A program made the position numbers and the translations under genes. DNA of 32,000 bases from Acidothermus cellulolyticus 11B (lineage in GTDB: Bacteria; Actinomycetota; Actinomycetes; Acidothermales; Acidothermaceae): positions 1,800,001 to 1,832,000 of the forward strand of contig NC_008578.1 of the NCBI RefSeq assembly GCF_000015025.1. The letters are read 5' to 3'. The notes beneath the pieces were generated by a model. The model made no database searches and was not told where the DNA came from. It saw nothing but the letters and a program-made list of their open reading frames with translations. Positions 1 through 9,108 of this stretch are shown piece after piece (position 1 is the first letter of the stretch; every line of letters starts with the position of its first letter).

Positions 1-239
1 AGACCGGGGCCGCGAAGAATCCTGATGCCAACCAGCCGGACGTGAGCCCAAGAACCATGGTCAGCCGGTGAGAGAGTCGACGAGGACGCGCCACGATGTG
101 CCTCACCTCTTGTAGACGCCGTGCCGGGCGGCCGGCGTCCCACTCCGGGCAGGGTCGGCCGCGACGGCCGCGGTACGGTTCACGGTCGCTGTCACGCTAA
201 CCGACGGCAGGCCGTCCGGGGCAGCCGGGTCAGACGCGG

Positions 240-2540
240 TCATGTCGCCCGGCCGCCGCGCAGCAGTCGAGCCAGCGTTTGAGCCACCGCGCGGATCGCC
301 GGATCGCTGAACACCTCGTCGAGGAGGACGACCCGTCCGTTGCCGTCCGCCATCGGCACCCGCCAGTTCGGATACGCGTCCGCGGTGCCCGGCTGATTCA
401 CCGGACGTCGATCGCCCACGATGTCCGGGAGGTAGAGGCCCCGGAGCAGCGCCGGTGTCCGGCCGACGTACCCGTAGAGCGCGGCGCGGACGGCATCCAG
501 GTGCGGCCGCAGGCGTGCCGCGAAGTCCGCGGGCACGGCGTCCGGCTCGGCCTCGCGGGCGGGTACGGCGCGTGGCTGGGCCCCGGCTGCGGGTACGGCG
601 TCCGGCTGGGCCCCGGCTGCGGGTACGGCGTCCGGCTGGGCCTCGGCCGCCGTCTGCCGGCCAGTGATCTCCGCGAGGATCGCCGGGTCGAGAAGGCCCT
701 CGGCGGCCAGGACACGCAGCCAGTCGAGACGGTCCGCCTCGTCCGCCGCCCGCTCGGCCGCTTCGTCCCGGGCGAGGAGACCCAACCGGGCGCGCAGGTC
801 GACGTGTACGCCGAGCAGGTAGCCGCAGGTCGGCGGCAGGTCATGGGTTGTCACCGTCGCCAGGCACTCCCGCCGCCAGTGCGCCGGTGGACTCGGCCGG
901 CCGGACCGATCCCGCTCGAACCACAGCACGGACGTGCCCATGATGTCCTCGGCGCGCAGCCGCTCACGCACGCCGGCAGGCACCACGCCCAGGTCCTCAC
1001 CGATCACCACAGCTCCAGCGCGGGCCGCCTCGATCCGGACGACGCCCAGCAGCGCGTCGGCGTCCATCTCCAGGTACGCGCCGTCAGCGGCGGGTGCGTC
1101 GTCGGCGATCCACCACTGCCGGAAGAACCCGAGGATGTGGTCGATGCGCAGGCCGCCGCCGAGCGCCAACCACGCGCGGACCGTGTCTCGCAACGGCTGG
1201 AATCCGGCGCGGGCCAACCGGTCCGGATGCCAGGCCGCCAAATTCCACCGCTGGCCCTGCTGGTTGTACATGTCCGCGGGTGCGCCCAGGGTGACGCCGG
1301 GCGCAATCACCGACGCGTACGCCCAGGCGTCGGCACCGTCCGGGTCCACGCCGACCGCGAGATCGTGGACGACGCCGAGCGGCATGCCGACAGCACGCGC
1401 CGACCGGTGCGCAGCAGCCAACTGCCCGGCGGCAAGCCACTGCAACCAGCCGTAAAACTGCACCCGACGGTGCTGCGCGGCCCGGAATTCCGACACCGCG
1501 CGGCCCGCCGGATCCCGAAATTCCGGCGGCCAATTCCGCCATTTCGGTCCGTACTGCTCCGCGAGCGCACACCAGGTCGCGAAATTCGTCAGCGCGGCGC
1601 CTTGTTCCTCCTGGAATCGGTGAAATTCGGCGCGTCGCGCGCTGGTCGAACAGTCTTCCCAGACCGCAAAGGCTTTCTCCAGTGCGGCGCGTTTCACCGT
1701 CCAGATACGATCGCGGTCGATAAGCCGGTCCACGGAATTCTCCGCCCGCAACGCCGCGGCATCGGCGTCCGCGCAGCCGGCCGCTTCGGGAATGTCCTCG
1801 ATCCGCAGATAGAGCGGGTCAGCGAACCGGCGGGACGACGGAAAATACGGCGACGGCTCCATTGGCAGCGTCGGCGCCGGGGCATGGAGGGGATTGACGA
1901 GCACGAATCCGCATCCCAGCTCACGAGCCGCCCATTCCGCCAGGGCGCGAAGGTCCGCCGCATCGCCGATGCCCCACGACGCGGTCGAGCGGACGGCGTA
2001 CAACTGGCACATCAGGCCGGTGACGGGATCGGGTGGGACAGGAAGTTTTCGCGGGCTCACGAGGACGAGGGACTCCGCCGTCCACTCCCCGCCGGCTCCG
2101 TGCACCCGGTGGTAACCGGCCGGCAGGTCCGCGGGGAGCTCCACGTCGTACGTCACAATTGCCCGGCCGTCGACGTGGTGTGCCTCGCCGTCCCGCCGAC
2201 GGAGGGTCAGCGCGACCCGCCCGCCATCTTCCGTCTCGATGCTCACCGCGGCGGGGACGCCGTCCGGCAGCCGCACCGGAATCACCGCGGATCGTCCCTC
2301 CCGGACGACGACGTACGACGGCAGGAACCGCCGCAGGCTCTCGGCACGCCGTTCCGCGAGCAATTCCGGAATCCGCCGCGGATCCAACGCGTCGACGCCC
2401 AGGGCCTGGAGAACGGCGAGCACCGCCCGGCGGCTCACCTCGGCCGGTCTGCCCTGCCAGTCAGGGAATGTGGTGGCGATTCCGTAGCTGCGCGCAAGCT
2501 CGGCCAACTGCGGGTCGAGGCTCGCCTGGCTCGCACCCAT
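240..2540 (-). CDS. malQ: 4-alpha-glucanotransferase (amylomaltase, GH77)
   Basis: 766-aa ORF with GH77 hallmark blocks RIDHILGFFRQWWI, VIGEDLGVVP and TTHDLPP. Its start lies 4 nt downstream of the amidase stop on the same strand. It carries an in-frame 10-aa repeat insertion near the C-terminus (repeat 531-650). Confidence 0.9.
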   Translation of the reverse strand: MGASQASLDPQLAELARSYGIATTFPDWQGRPAEVSRRAVLAVLQALGVDALDPRRIPELLAERRAESLRRFLPSYVVVREGRSAVIPVRLPDGVPAAVSIETEDGGRVALTLRRRDGEAHHVDGRAIVTYDVELPADLPAGYHRVHGAGGEWTAESLVLVSPRKLPVPPDPVTGLMCQLYAVRSTASWGIGDAADLRALAEWAARELGCGFVLVNPLHAPAPTLPMEPSPYFPSSRRFADPLYLRIEDIPEAAGCADADAAALRAENSVDRLIDRDRIWTVKRAALEKAFAVWEDCSTSARRAEFHRFQEEQGAALTNFATWCALAEQYGPKWRNWPPEFRDPAGRAVSEFRAAQHRRVQFYGWLQWLAAGQLAAAHRSARAVGMPLGVVHDLAVGVDPDGADAWAYASVIAPGVTLGAPADMYNQQGQRWNLAAWHPDRLARAGFQPLRDTVRAWLALGGGLRIDHILGFFRQWWIADDAPAADGAYLEMDADALLGVVRIEAARAGAVVIGEDLGVVPAGVRERLRAEDIMGTSVLWFERDRSGRPSPPAHWRRECLATVTTHDLPPTCGYLLGVHVDLRARLGLLARDEAAERAADEADRLDWLRVLAAEGLLDPAILAEITGRQTAAEAQPDAVPAAGAQPDAVPAAGAQPRAVPAREAEPDAVPADFAARLRPHLDAVRAALYGYVGRTPALLRGLYLPDIVGDRRPVNQPGTADAYPNWRVPMADGNGRVVLLDEVFSDPAIRAVAQTLARLLRGGRAT
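531..650. repeat. 30-bp tandem repeat x4 inside malQ (encodes AQPDAVPAAG-like decapeptides)
   Basis: Read directly. Units are 531-560 (degenerate), 561-590, 591-620 and 621-650, with consensus gggtacggcgtccggctgggccccggctgc. The period is a multiple of 3, so the malQ frame is kept. Confidence 0.9.
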
Positions 2541-2543
2541 CGG

Positions 2544-3974
2544 TTACGACCAGCACGCCGGCTGCCGCCCGGCGTTCCACGGCACGACGGCCTCTATTTG
2601 TGCGGCCAGGGAGAGCAGGGTCGCCTCGTCACCGGCCCGGCCGGTGAGCATGACGCCGATCGGCAGCCCCGCCCGGCTCACCGCAACCGGCAAAGTGATC
2701 GCCGGTTGACCGGTCATGTTCGCCAGCGACGTGAACGGCGTGAAACGCTTCTGATTCTCGAAATCAGCCGCCGGATCCTCGTCGTCGCGCAGCGCCCCGA
2801 CCTCGACCGCCGGATGGGCGAGGGTCGGTGTCAGGACGGCGTCGAACTGCTGCCAGGCGACGGCAATGTCCCGGGTGCGCTGGTGCAGCGTCGCGACGGC
2901 CCGGGCATACTCCGGCCCGCTGATCCGCCGTCCCCGGTCACGCAGCCACCGGGTGAGCGGCCGCACCCGCCATTCCGCGCCCCTCGGCAGGGCCGTGGCG
3001 GCGGCGAGCACCGCCCAGACCCGCTCGAACGCAGCGACGACCTCTGGGTCACCGGGCCCCGGTACGTCGACGACATCGTGACCGAGGTCGACGAGGAGCG
3101 TGCTGATCCGCTCGTACGCGTCGAGGCACTCCGGGTCCACCGGCTCATCGATGATCACCGGGGTGGCGTACCGGGCGATCCGCAGCCGGCCGGGCTCGCG
3201 GTCGGTCGCTGCGACAAAGGAGTCACCGCCCGGCAGCGGCGGTGCCCAGTACGGGTCGCCGGGCATCGGGACGGCGACGGCGTCCAGCCAGAGCGCCGCG
3301 TCCCGGACGGTCCGGGTCAGCGGGCCGTGCCACGCCAGGCCGCTGACGTCACCCGGCCCCGGCCCGTTGCTCACCCGGCCGCGACTCACTTTCAGCCCCA
3401 CGAGTCCACAGACCGCCGCAGGAATCCGCACAGATCCGCCGCCGTCGTTGCCCTGGGCCCACGGCGCGAGTCCGGCCGCCACGGCGACGGCTGATCCGCC
3501 GCTGGACCCGCCGGCGGAATACCGCGGATCCCACGGGGAACGTGCTGGCGGCGCGATATCCGATTCGGTGTAGCAGGGCAGCCCGAATTCCGGCGTGTTG
3601 GTCTTACCGAGAAGAACCGTTCCAGCCGCCCGCAGCAATGCGACGACGTGCGCGTCGGTACTCGGCACCCGGTCGGCGAATACCGCGGAACCCAACGTCG
3701 TGCGAACTCCGGCGACGTCCGTGAGGTCCTTTATGGCAATCGGCACCCCCAGGAGCGGCGGCAGGCTCTGCGGTTCCGCCGATCGCAGGGTTCGCTCCGC
3801 AGCCGCGGCTTGCGAACGTGCCAGCTCCGCCGTGACCGTCACATATGCACCGAGGGTGTCGTTCCACCGCTCGATCCGTGCCAAGTAGTGATCGACCAAT
3901 TCGGACGGCGACACGTCACCCCGGCGAATCGCCGCAGCTTGTTCGAACGCTGAGAGGTCGTGCAGGTCGGCCAC
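2544..3974 (-). CDS. amidase (amidase-signature family)
   Basis: 476-aa ORF with the amidase signature GGSSGGSAVAVAAG and the conserved upstream KD..D block (IAIKDLTDVAG). It is tightly packed with malQ downstream. Confidence 0.85.
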   Translation of the reverse strand: MADLHDLSAFEQAAAIRRGDVSPSELVDHYLARIERWNDTLGAYVTVTAELARSQAAAAERTLRSAEPQSLPPLLGVPIAIKDLTDVAGVRTTLGSAVFADRVPSTDAHVVALLRAAGTVLLGKTNTPEFGLPCYTESDIAPPARSPWDPRYSAGGSSGGSAVAVAAGLAPWAQGNDGGGSVRIPAAVCGLVGLKVSRGRVSNGPGPGDVSGLAWHGPLTRTVRDAALWLDAVAVPMPGDPYWAPPLPGGDSFVAATDREPGRLRIARYATPVIIDEPVDPECLDAYERISTLLVDLGHDVVDVPGPGDPEVVAAFERVWAVLAAATALPRGAEWRVRPLTRWLRDRGRRISGPEYARAVATLHQRTRDIAVAWQQFDAVLTPTLAHPAVEVGALRDDEDPAADFENQKRFTPFTSLANMTGQPAITLPVAVSRAGLPIGVMLTGRAGDEATLLSLAAQIEAVVPWNAGRQPACWS

Positions 3975-4035
3975 ACGGCGAACCTACCCCGTCCGGCCGG
4001 CGAGGTCGTCCCACCAGGGCCGTGCCGCGCGGACG

Positions 4036-4596
4036 TCATGCGCTTGCGGACTGCTCAACCCCGAGGAACCGGCCGAACACCGAGCTGTCGATACCAAGCC
4101 CGTCGAGGTAGGGAATCCAGCGGGGATCGCTGCGGCCGGTGCCGAGAATCCGCCAGGCAATACCGCTGGGCGCACGAGGCGGACGTCGCAGCCGCCACCC
4201 CAATTCCGCAACCGTCCGATCGCCTTTGATGTGGTTGCACCGCCGGCAGCACGAGACGACGTTCTCCCACACGTGCGCGCCCCCGCGGCTTCGTGGCACG
4301 ACATGGTCGAGGCTGGTCGCAGGCGCATCGCAGTAGACGCAGCGGCCGCCGTCCCGAAGGAAAACACCCCGGCGGGTCAACGGAACGGTTGCCCGGTACG
4401 GGACTTTTACGAAGCGCGTCAACCGGACGACCGCGGGAACCGGAACCGCCACGCTCGCGCTGTGCCAGACCTGCTCGCCGGGTTCGAGCGCCACCGCCTT
4501 GGCGGCAAGGACGAGCAGCAACGCCCGGCGGCCGGATACGACGCCGATCGGCTCGTAGGTCGCATTGAGGACCAGGGCGTGGCTACTCAACCCCAC
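4036..4596 (-). CDS. HNH endonuclease-domain protein
   Basis: 186-aa ORF with the HNH/Cys4 block CVYCDAPATSLDHVVPRSRGGAHVWENVVSCCRRCNHIKGDR. The exact start is uncertain: GTG at 4596, or TTG at 4590 with GGGAGG upstream. Confidence 0.8.
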   Translation of the reverse strand: MGLSSHALVLNATYEPIGVVSGRRALLLVLAAKAVALEPGEQVWHSASVAVPVPAVVRLTRFVKVPYRATVPLTRRGVFLRDGGRCVYCDAPATSLDHVVPRSRGGAHVWENVVSCCRRCNHIKGDRTVAELGWRLRRPPRAPSGIAWRILGTGRSDPRWIPYLDGLGIDSSVFGRFLGVEQSASA

Positions 4597-4676
4597 CTCC
4601 CGGACTCACCGTACAAGCAGAACGGCGCTGATCGCGCGCTTCGGCCATCGAAAGTCCGAGTCGCGTCCTCGCTAAG

Positions 4677-6857
4677 GTGCGAGGCATGGCATCCATCGAC
4701 CCGGCTCGTTCGGCGACCGTCCCGCTCAGCTATCCGCCGTCCCGGCGACTTGACCTCGTCGAGGTCCTGCCGGCCGCCAATCCGACCCACCCGGTCGCCG
4801 ATCCGTACCGGTGGCTGGAGAACGCCGACGATCCGGAGGTCCGAACCTGGATCGACGCCCAACACGCCTTGTGCCGCAGGTATCTCGACGCTCTGCCCGG
4901 GCGGGATCGGCTGCGCCGCCGGCTCACCGAACTGCTGGGCGCGGGTGTGGTGAGCGCGCCCGTCTGGCGCCGGGGTCGGCAATTCTTCCTCCGTCGCCAG
5001 GCCGATCAGGAGCACGCCGTGCTCTTCACCGTCGATCCGGACGGTACGGAACGGGTTCTCCTCGATCCGATGGCGGTTGACCCGACCGGCAGGACGACGC
5101 TCGACACCTGGCAGCCGTCGAAGGAAGGGCGTTTCCTCGCCTACCAGCTGTCGACCGGCGGGGACGAGGAGTCCGTGCTGCGCGTCATGGATGTCGAAAC
5201 CGGGGAAATCGTCGATGGCCCGATCGACCGATGCCGGTATTCGCCGGTCGGGTGGTTGCCCGGCGGCGCGGCTTTTTATTACGTCCGGCGGTTGCCGCCC
5301 GGTGACGTGCCGCCGGACGAGACCGCGTTCCACCGGAGAGTCTGGCTGCACCGTCTGGGCACGAGCGCGGACGACGACGTGCTCATTTTCGGCGACGGCA
5401 TGGACAAAACGACGTTCTTCTCCGCATCGGTCAGTCTGGACGGCCGCTGGCTCATTGTGTCGGCAAGCCCCGGCACCGCACCGCGCAATGACGTCTGGAT
5501 CGCGGATTTGTCGGACGGCGATCCTGCGGCACCGGTCCTCCGGCCGGTTCAGGTCGGCGTGGACGCGCAGCTCGTGGTGCACATCGGACGGGACGGCCGG
5601 GCCTACCTGTACACCGACCGCGACGCGCCCCGCGGCCGGCTGGCGGTCGCCGATCCGACGGAGTTGCCGGCCGAGAAATGGCGAGACCTGCTGCCGGAGG
5701 ATCCGGAAGCGGTGCTGGTCGATTACGCCATCCTGGATGGCCCGCAACTGGATCGACCGGTCCTGGTGGCGGCATGGACACGGCACGCGTTGAGTGAGCT
5801 CTCGGTCCACGATCTGGAGACTGGTGAACGGCTCGGCGCCGTCACCTTGCCCGGACTCGGCACGGTGACCGGCCTTTCCGAACAACCGGAGGGCGGCCAC
5901 CAGTGCTGGTTCGGGTACACCGATTACGCCACGCCGCCAAGCGTTTTCTGTTTTGACGCGCTGACGAATGCCACCACGGTATGGGCTCGGCCTCCCGGTC
6001 AGGCGCCCGTACCCCCGGTGCATACGACGCAGGTGGTGTACGAATCGCGCGACGGCACGCCGGTTCGCATGATGCTCATTGCGCCGCCGGTCGAACCGGC
6101 CCGCCCGCGCCCGACAATCCTCACCGGGTACGGCGGATTCGGCACGTCCCTCACCCCGGGCTATTCGGCGGGAATTCTGGCCTGGGTCGAAGCCGGCGGC
6201 GTGTACGCCGTCGCGAACCTGCGCGGCGGCGGGGAAGAGGGCGAGCAGTGGCATCGCGCCGGAATGCGCGGAAATAAACAGAATGTCTTCGACGATTTCC
6301 ACGCCGCCGCCGACTGGCTGATTGCCAACGGGTGGACGACGCCCGGCCAGCTCGGCATTTCCGGCGGGAGCAACGGCGGACTGCTCGTCGGCGCGGCAAT
6401 GACCCAGGCTCCGGAAAAATATGCCGCGGTCGTCTGCTCCGCACCGTTGCTCGACATGGCGCGGTACGAGAAATTCGGGCTCGGTCCGTTGTGGCGGGAA
6501 GAATACGGCACCGCTGAGAATCCCGAGGAATTAGCGGTATTGCTCGCGTATTCCCCGTATCACAACATGCGCCCGGGAACGCCGTACCCGGCGGTGCTCT
6601 TCACCGTCTTCGATTCCGATACCCGGGTCGACCCGATGCACGCCCGCAAAATGTGCGCCGCGCTGCAAGCGGCGTCCACGTCCGGCAAGCCGGTGCTGCT
6701 GCGCCGGGAGTCGGACGTCGGGCACGGGGCGCGGGCCCTCAGCCGCAGCATCGAGCTGTCTGTCGACACCTTGGCATTCCTTGCCGCGCACACCGGCCTC
6801 GACCTCGAACAGCCCGACAGGACCGCCGAACAGCCCGACCGGACCGCCGGAGGGTGA
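4677..6857 (+). CDS. prolyl oligopeptidase (S9A serine peptidase)
   Basis: 726-aa ORF with an N-terminal DPYRWLE motif. The C-terminal alpha/beta-hydrolase domain has the nucleophile elbow GGSNGGLL plus the Asp (DTRVD) and His (GHGA) regions. The start may be GTG 4677 or ATG 4686. Confidence 0.9.
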   Translation: MRGMASIDPARSATVPLSYPPSRRLDLVEVLPAANPTHPVADPYRWLENADDPEVRTWIDAQHALCRRYLDALPGRDRLRRRLTELLGAGVVSAPVWRRGRQFFLRRQADQEHAVLFTVDPDGTERVLLDPMAVDPTGRTTLDTWQPSKEGRFLAYQLSTGGDEESVLRVMDVETGEIVDGPIDRCRYSPVGWLPGGAAFYYVRRLPPGDVPPDETAFHRRVWLHRLGTSADDDVLIFGDGMDKTTFFSASVSLDGRWLIVSASPGTAPRNDVWIADLSDGDPAAPVLRPVQVGVDAQLVVHIGRDGRAYLYTDRDAPRGRLAVADPTELPAEKWRDLLPEDPEAVLVDYAILDGPQLDRPVLVAAWTRHALSELSVHDLETGERLGAVTLPGLGTVTGLSEQPEGGHQCWFGYTDYATPPSVFCFDALTNATTVWARPPGQAPVPPVHTTQVVYESRDGTPVRMMLIAPPVEPARPRPTILTGYGGFGTSLTPGYSAGILAWVEAGGVYAVANLRGGGEEGEQWHRAGMRGNKQNVFDDFHAAADWLIANGWTTPGQLGISGGSNGGLLVGAAMTQAPEKYAAVVCSAPLLDMARYEKFGLGPLWREEYGTAENPEELAVLLAYSPYHNMRPGTPYPAVLFTVFDSDTRVDPMHARKMCAALQAASTSGKPVLLRRESDVGHGARALSRSIELSVDTLAFLAAHTGLDLEQPDRTAEQPDRTAGG
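6807..6848. repeat. 21-bp tandem duplication x2 at the 3' end of the oligopeptidase gene (EQPDRTA EQPDRTA)
   Basis: Read directly: gaacagcccgacaggaccgcc (6807-6827) and gaacagcccgaccggaccgcc (6828-6848), 20/21 identical and in frame. Confidence 0.9.
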
Positions 6858-6884
6858 GCCGGGCCGCCGGACGCCGTCCGCTGA

Positions 6885-8180
6885 TCAACCGACGGCCCGA
6901 AAACTGAGCCGCACCGCCGCTCCGCCGGACGGCGACCGGCCGATGCGCAGTTCCCCGCCGCCGCTCTCCGCAGTCCGGCGGGCGATGTCGAGACCGAGGC
7001 CGGTCGAGCCAGTACCGCTGCGGCCGCGGTGGACAACGCCGTCCGGGATGCCCGGGCCCTCGTCGGCCACCTCGACGCGGACCTGCCCATCGAGGCGCTC
7101 GACGGTGACGCACATGCCGACCCCCTCGGGCGTGTGCGCGAACACGTTCTCCAGCAGCGCGTCGACCGCGGCGGCCAGGTCCTCCGGGCCGACCGCCACC
7201 GGACACGGCCCGTCCGGCACGTACACGTCCATGCGCCGTTTCTGATCCTCGGCCAGCACCGACCAGAAAGCGGCCCGTTGCCGAACCACCTCCGCTGCAT
7301 CACAGCCCGCCGCCGGCACCGCCCGAACCCCCCGCCGTGCCTCCCGGATGACATCCCCCACCGCCCGTTCCAACGCGTCCACCTGCTCCAGGACTCGAGT
7401 CGCTTCCGGGGACGCCGGGAGTCCCTCGGCCGCCAGGCGGAGCGCGGCCAGCGGAGTGCGCAACCGATGCGACAGGTCGGCGACTTGCTCGCGTTCGGCG
7501 TCCAGCAACTCGGTGATGCGCTGGGCGAGGCGATTCAACGCTGAGCCGACGGCGGCCACCTCGCGGAACCCGGTGACCGGAGCCCGCGCGTGCAGTTCGC
7601 CGTCCGAGAGCCGATGCGCGGTTTCCGCGAGCGCGATGACCGGAGCGGCGGTCCGCCGGGCCAGCCGATCGGCGACCAGCATCGCCACGATCAGAAGCAC
7701 GGCTCCCGTGCCGACGAGCACGAGGGTCGCCGGCAGCACCCCCCGCTGGACGATGGACGGGGGTACGAAGGTGCGGACCACGAGGGTCCGCGACCCCCAG
7801 GCCACCGGATTCCAGATCTCCAAGCCGCCCCGATAGGCGACATTCACCTGCCGGGCGTTGGTGCCGACCGGCGTGCCGTGCGCCAGGACCAGGCTGGGCG
7901 ACCCGGCGTCCGGGGGAACCGGCCCCACCCAGGTTCCGTCGTCCAACCAGATGGACGAGCTGATCGCGTTGGCCGACTGGTCAGCGGATACGAGATGCCG
8001 CAATCCGTCCAGTGTGGTCGTCCCTTGGATCGCCGCGACGACCTGCTGCGAATCGAGCAGTCCCCGGTTCAGCGCATTCTCGCGGGCAAGCGACCGAATG
8101 AGAAAGAACAACGGGACGATAAATGCCACGACAACCAGCGACGTGGTCGCCGCAGCGAGCGCGAGCAGCCGAACGCGCAT
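6885..8180 (-). CDS. two-component sensor histidine kinase
   Basis: 431-aa ORF with two hydrophobic segments flanking a ~130-aa extracytoplasmic loop and a HAMP-like linker. It has the H-box ADLSHRLRTPLAAL and the ATPase G-box GTGSTGLGLDIA. It starts 10 nt downstream of the response-regulator gene. Confidence 0.85.
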   Translation of the reverse strand: MRVRLLALAAATTSLVVVAFIVPLFFLIRSLARENALNRGLLDSQQVVAAIQGTTTLDGLRHLVSADQSANAISSSIWLDDGTWVGPVPPDAGSPSLVLAHGTPVGTNARQVNVAYRGGLEIWNPVAWGSRTLVVRTFVPPSIVQRGVLPATLVLVGTGAVLLIVAMLVADRLARRTAAPVIALAETAHRLSDGELHARAPVTGFREVAAVGSALNRLAQRITELLDAEREQVADLSHRLRTPLAALRLAAEGLPASPEATRVLEQVDALERAVGDVIREARRGVRAVPAAGCDAAEVVRQRAAFWSVLAEDQKRRMDVYVPDGPCPVAVGPEDLAAAVDALLENVFAHTPEGVGMCVTVERLDGQVRVEVADEGPGIPDGVVHRGRSGTGSTGLGLDIARRTAESGGGELRIGRSPSGGAAVRLSFRAVG

Positions 8181-8190
8181 CGGGAATCGG

Positions 8191-8883
8191 CTAGCCGGCC
8201 GTGGGGTCCACGAGCTTGACTCCCACTCCCCGGATGCTCACGAGATACCGCGGCTCAAGAGCGGTTTCGCCGAGTTTGCGCCGCAACCACGACAGGTGGA
8301 CGTCGACGGTCTTGTCCGCGCCGCCATATGCCTGCTGCCAGACCTCGGCGAGAATCGCTCGTTTCGTGACCACTTCACCGGCATGTTCGGCGAGATATGC
8401 CAGCAGGTCGAATTCCTTGCGGGTAAGGTCAAGCGGACGCCCGTCCAACGTCGCTTCCCTGGACCGCCGGTCGATCCGCAATCCGCCGACGACAAGCGGT
8501 GGCATGGCGCCGTCCGCCGCGGTACGCCGAAGCACTGCCCGGATTCGAGCCTCGAGATGGTCGGAGGCGAAGGGTTTGACGACGTAGTCGTCGGCTCCGG
8601 CGTCGAGAATGCGGACCATTTCCCGTTCGTCGTCCCGCGCGGTGGCAACGATGATCGGGACTTTGCTGACCGCACGGACCATTTGAATCAGCGTCCCCCC
8701 GTCGAGGTCCGGCAAGCCGAGGTCGAGGACGACGAGGTCAGGCGCCTCCGCCACCACGGCCTGCAACCCCGTCATTGCCGACGGCGCGGACGCCACGGCA
8801 TGCCCTTTCTCGGTGAGCGAGCGGGTAAGCGTCGTCCGGATCGCCGGATCATCTTCGATGAGCAACAACCGCGGCACGGACAT
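8191..8883 (-). CDS. OmpR/PhoB-family response regulator
   Basis: 230-aa ORF. The receiver domain has LLIEDD...VVLDLGLPDLDG...KPF, and the C-terminus is a winged-helix trans_reg_C domain (LTRKEFDLLAYL...VDVHLSWLRRKL...IRGVGVKL). Confidence 0.9.
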   Translation of the reverse strand: MSVPRLLLIEDDPAIRTTLTRSLTEKGHAVASAPSAMTGLQAVVAEAPDLVVLDLGLPDLDGGTLIQMVRAVSKVPIIVATARDDEREMVRILDAGADDYVVKPFASDHLEARIRAVLRRTAADGAMPPLVVGGLRIDRRSREATLDGRPLDLTRKEFDLLAYLAEHAGEVVTKRAILAEVWQQAYGGADKTVDVHLSWLRRKLGETALEPRYLVSIRGVGVKLVDPTAG

Positions 8884-8952
8884 GACGGTAGCGACTTCGG
8901 GACCCGGATGGGTAGAGCCGAAGGTCGGAACGACCCGCGAGTCGGCGACCGG

Positions 8953-9042
8953 GGCTCACGGGTGCGCGGCCAAAGTGGCACGCCGCTGCCCGTCAATAGT
9001 GGAGACCGCGCCCGGCTCACCGGTGCGCGGCCGAAGTCCACG
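8953..9042. promoter_or_regulatory. pair of ~29-bp direct repeats in the divergent promoter region between the response regulator and the Pro-rich protein gene
   Basis: ggctcacgggtgcgcggccaaagtggcacg (8953-8982) versus ggctcaccggtgcgcggccgaagtccacg (9014-9042), spaced 61 bp apart. Any regulatory role is inference only. Confidence 0.3.
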
Positions 9043-9108
9043 AGTTCTGATGCCGTGCTTGACCCGCGCTTAACGCGAACGGCGGGTCGAGACCGGACAC
9101 TGAGCCCC

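Noticed and set aside
1-58. Possible 5' end of a minus-strand gene (MVLGLTSGWLASGFFAAPV...) running off the window
   Set aside because: Only 19 codons are visible and there is no clear SD. It is hydrophobic and plausible, but cannot be supported from this fragment.
279-3494. 1071-aa plus-strand ORF, the longest in the track
   Set aside because: It lies entirely antisense to malQ and the amidase, both of which have clear family motifs. Its product is Arg/Pro/Gly-rich with no recognisable motif. This is the classic shadow ORF of high-G+C DNA, where stop codons are rare.
4587-6302. 571-aa minus-strand ORF
   Set aside because: It is antisense to the prolyl oligopeptidase gene, which has catalytic-triad motifs. 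Its composition is Arg-rich noise.
7858-9108. 5' two-thirds of the 667-aa plus-strand ORF 7858..9861
   Set aside because: This part is antisense to the histidine kinase and response regulator genes and crosses their promoter. Only the last 250 codons, from ATG 9109 with a transmembrane helix, were kept as a gene.
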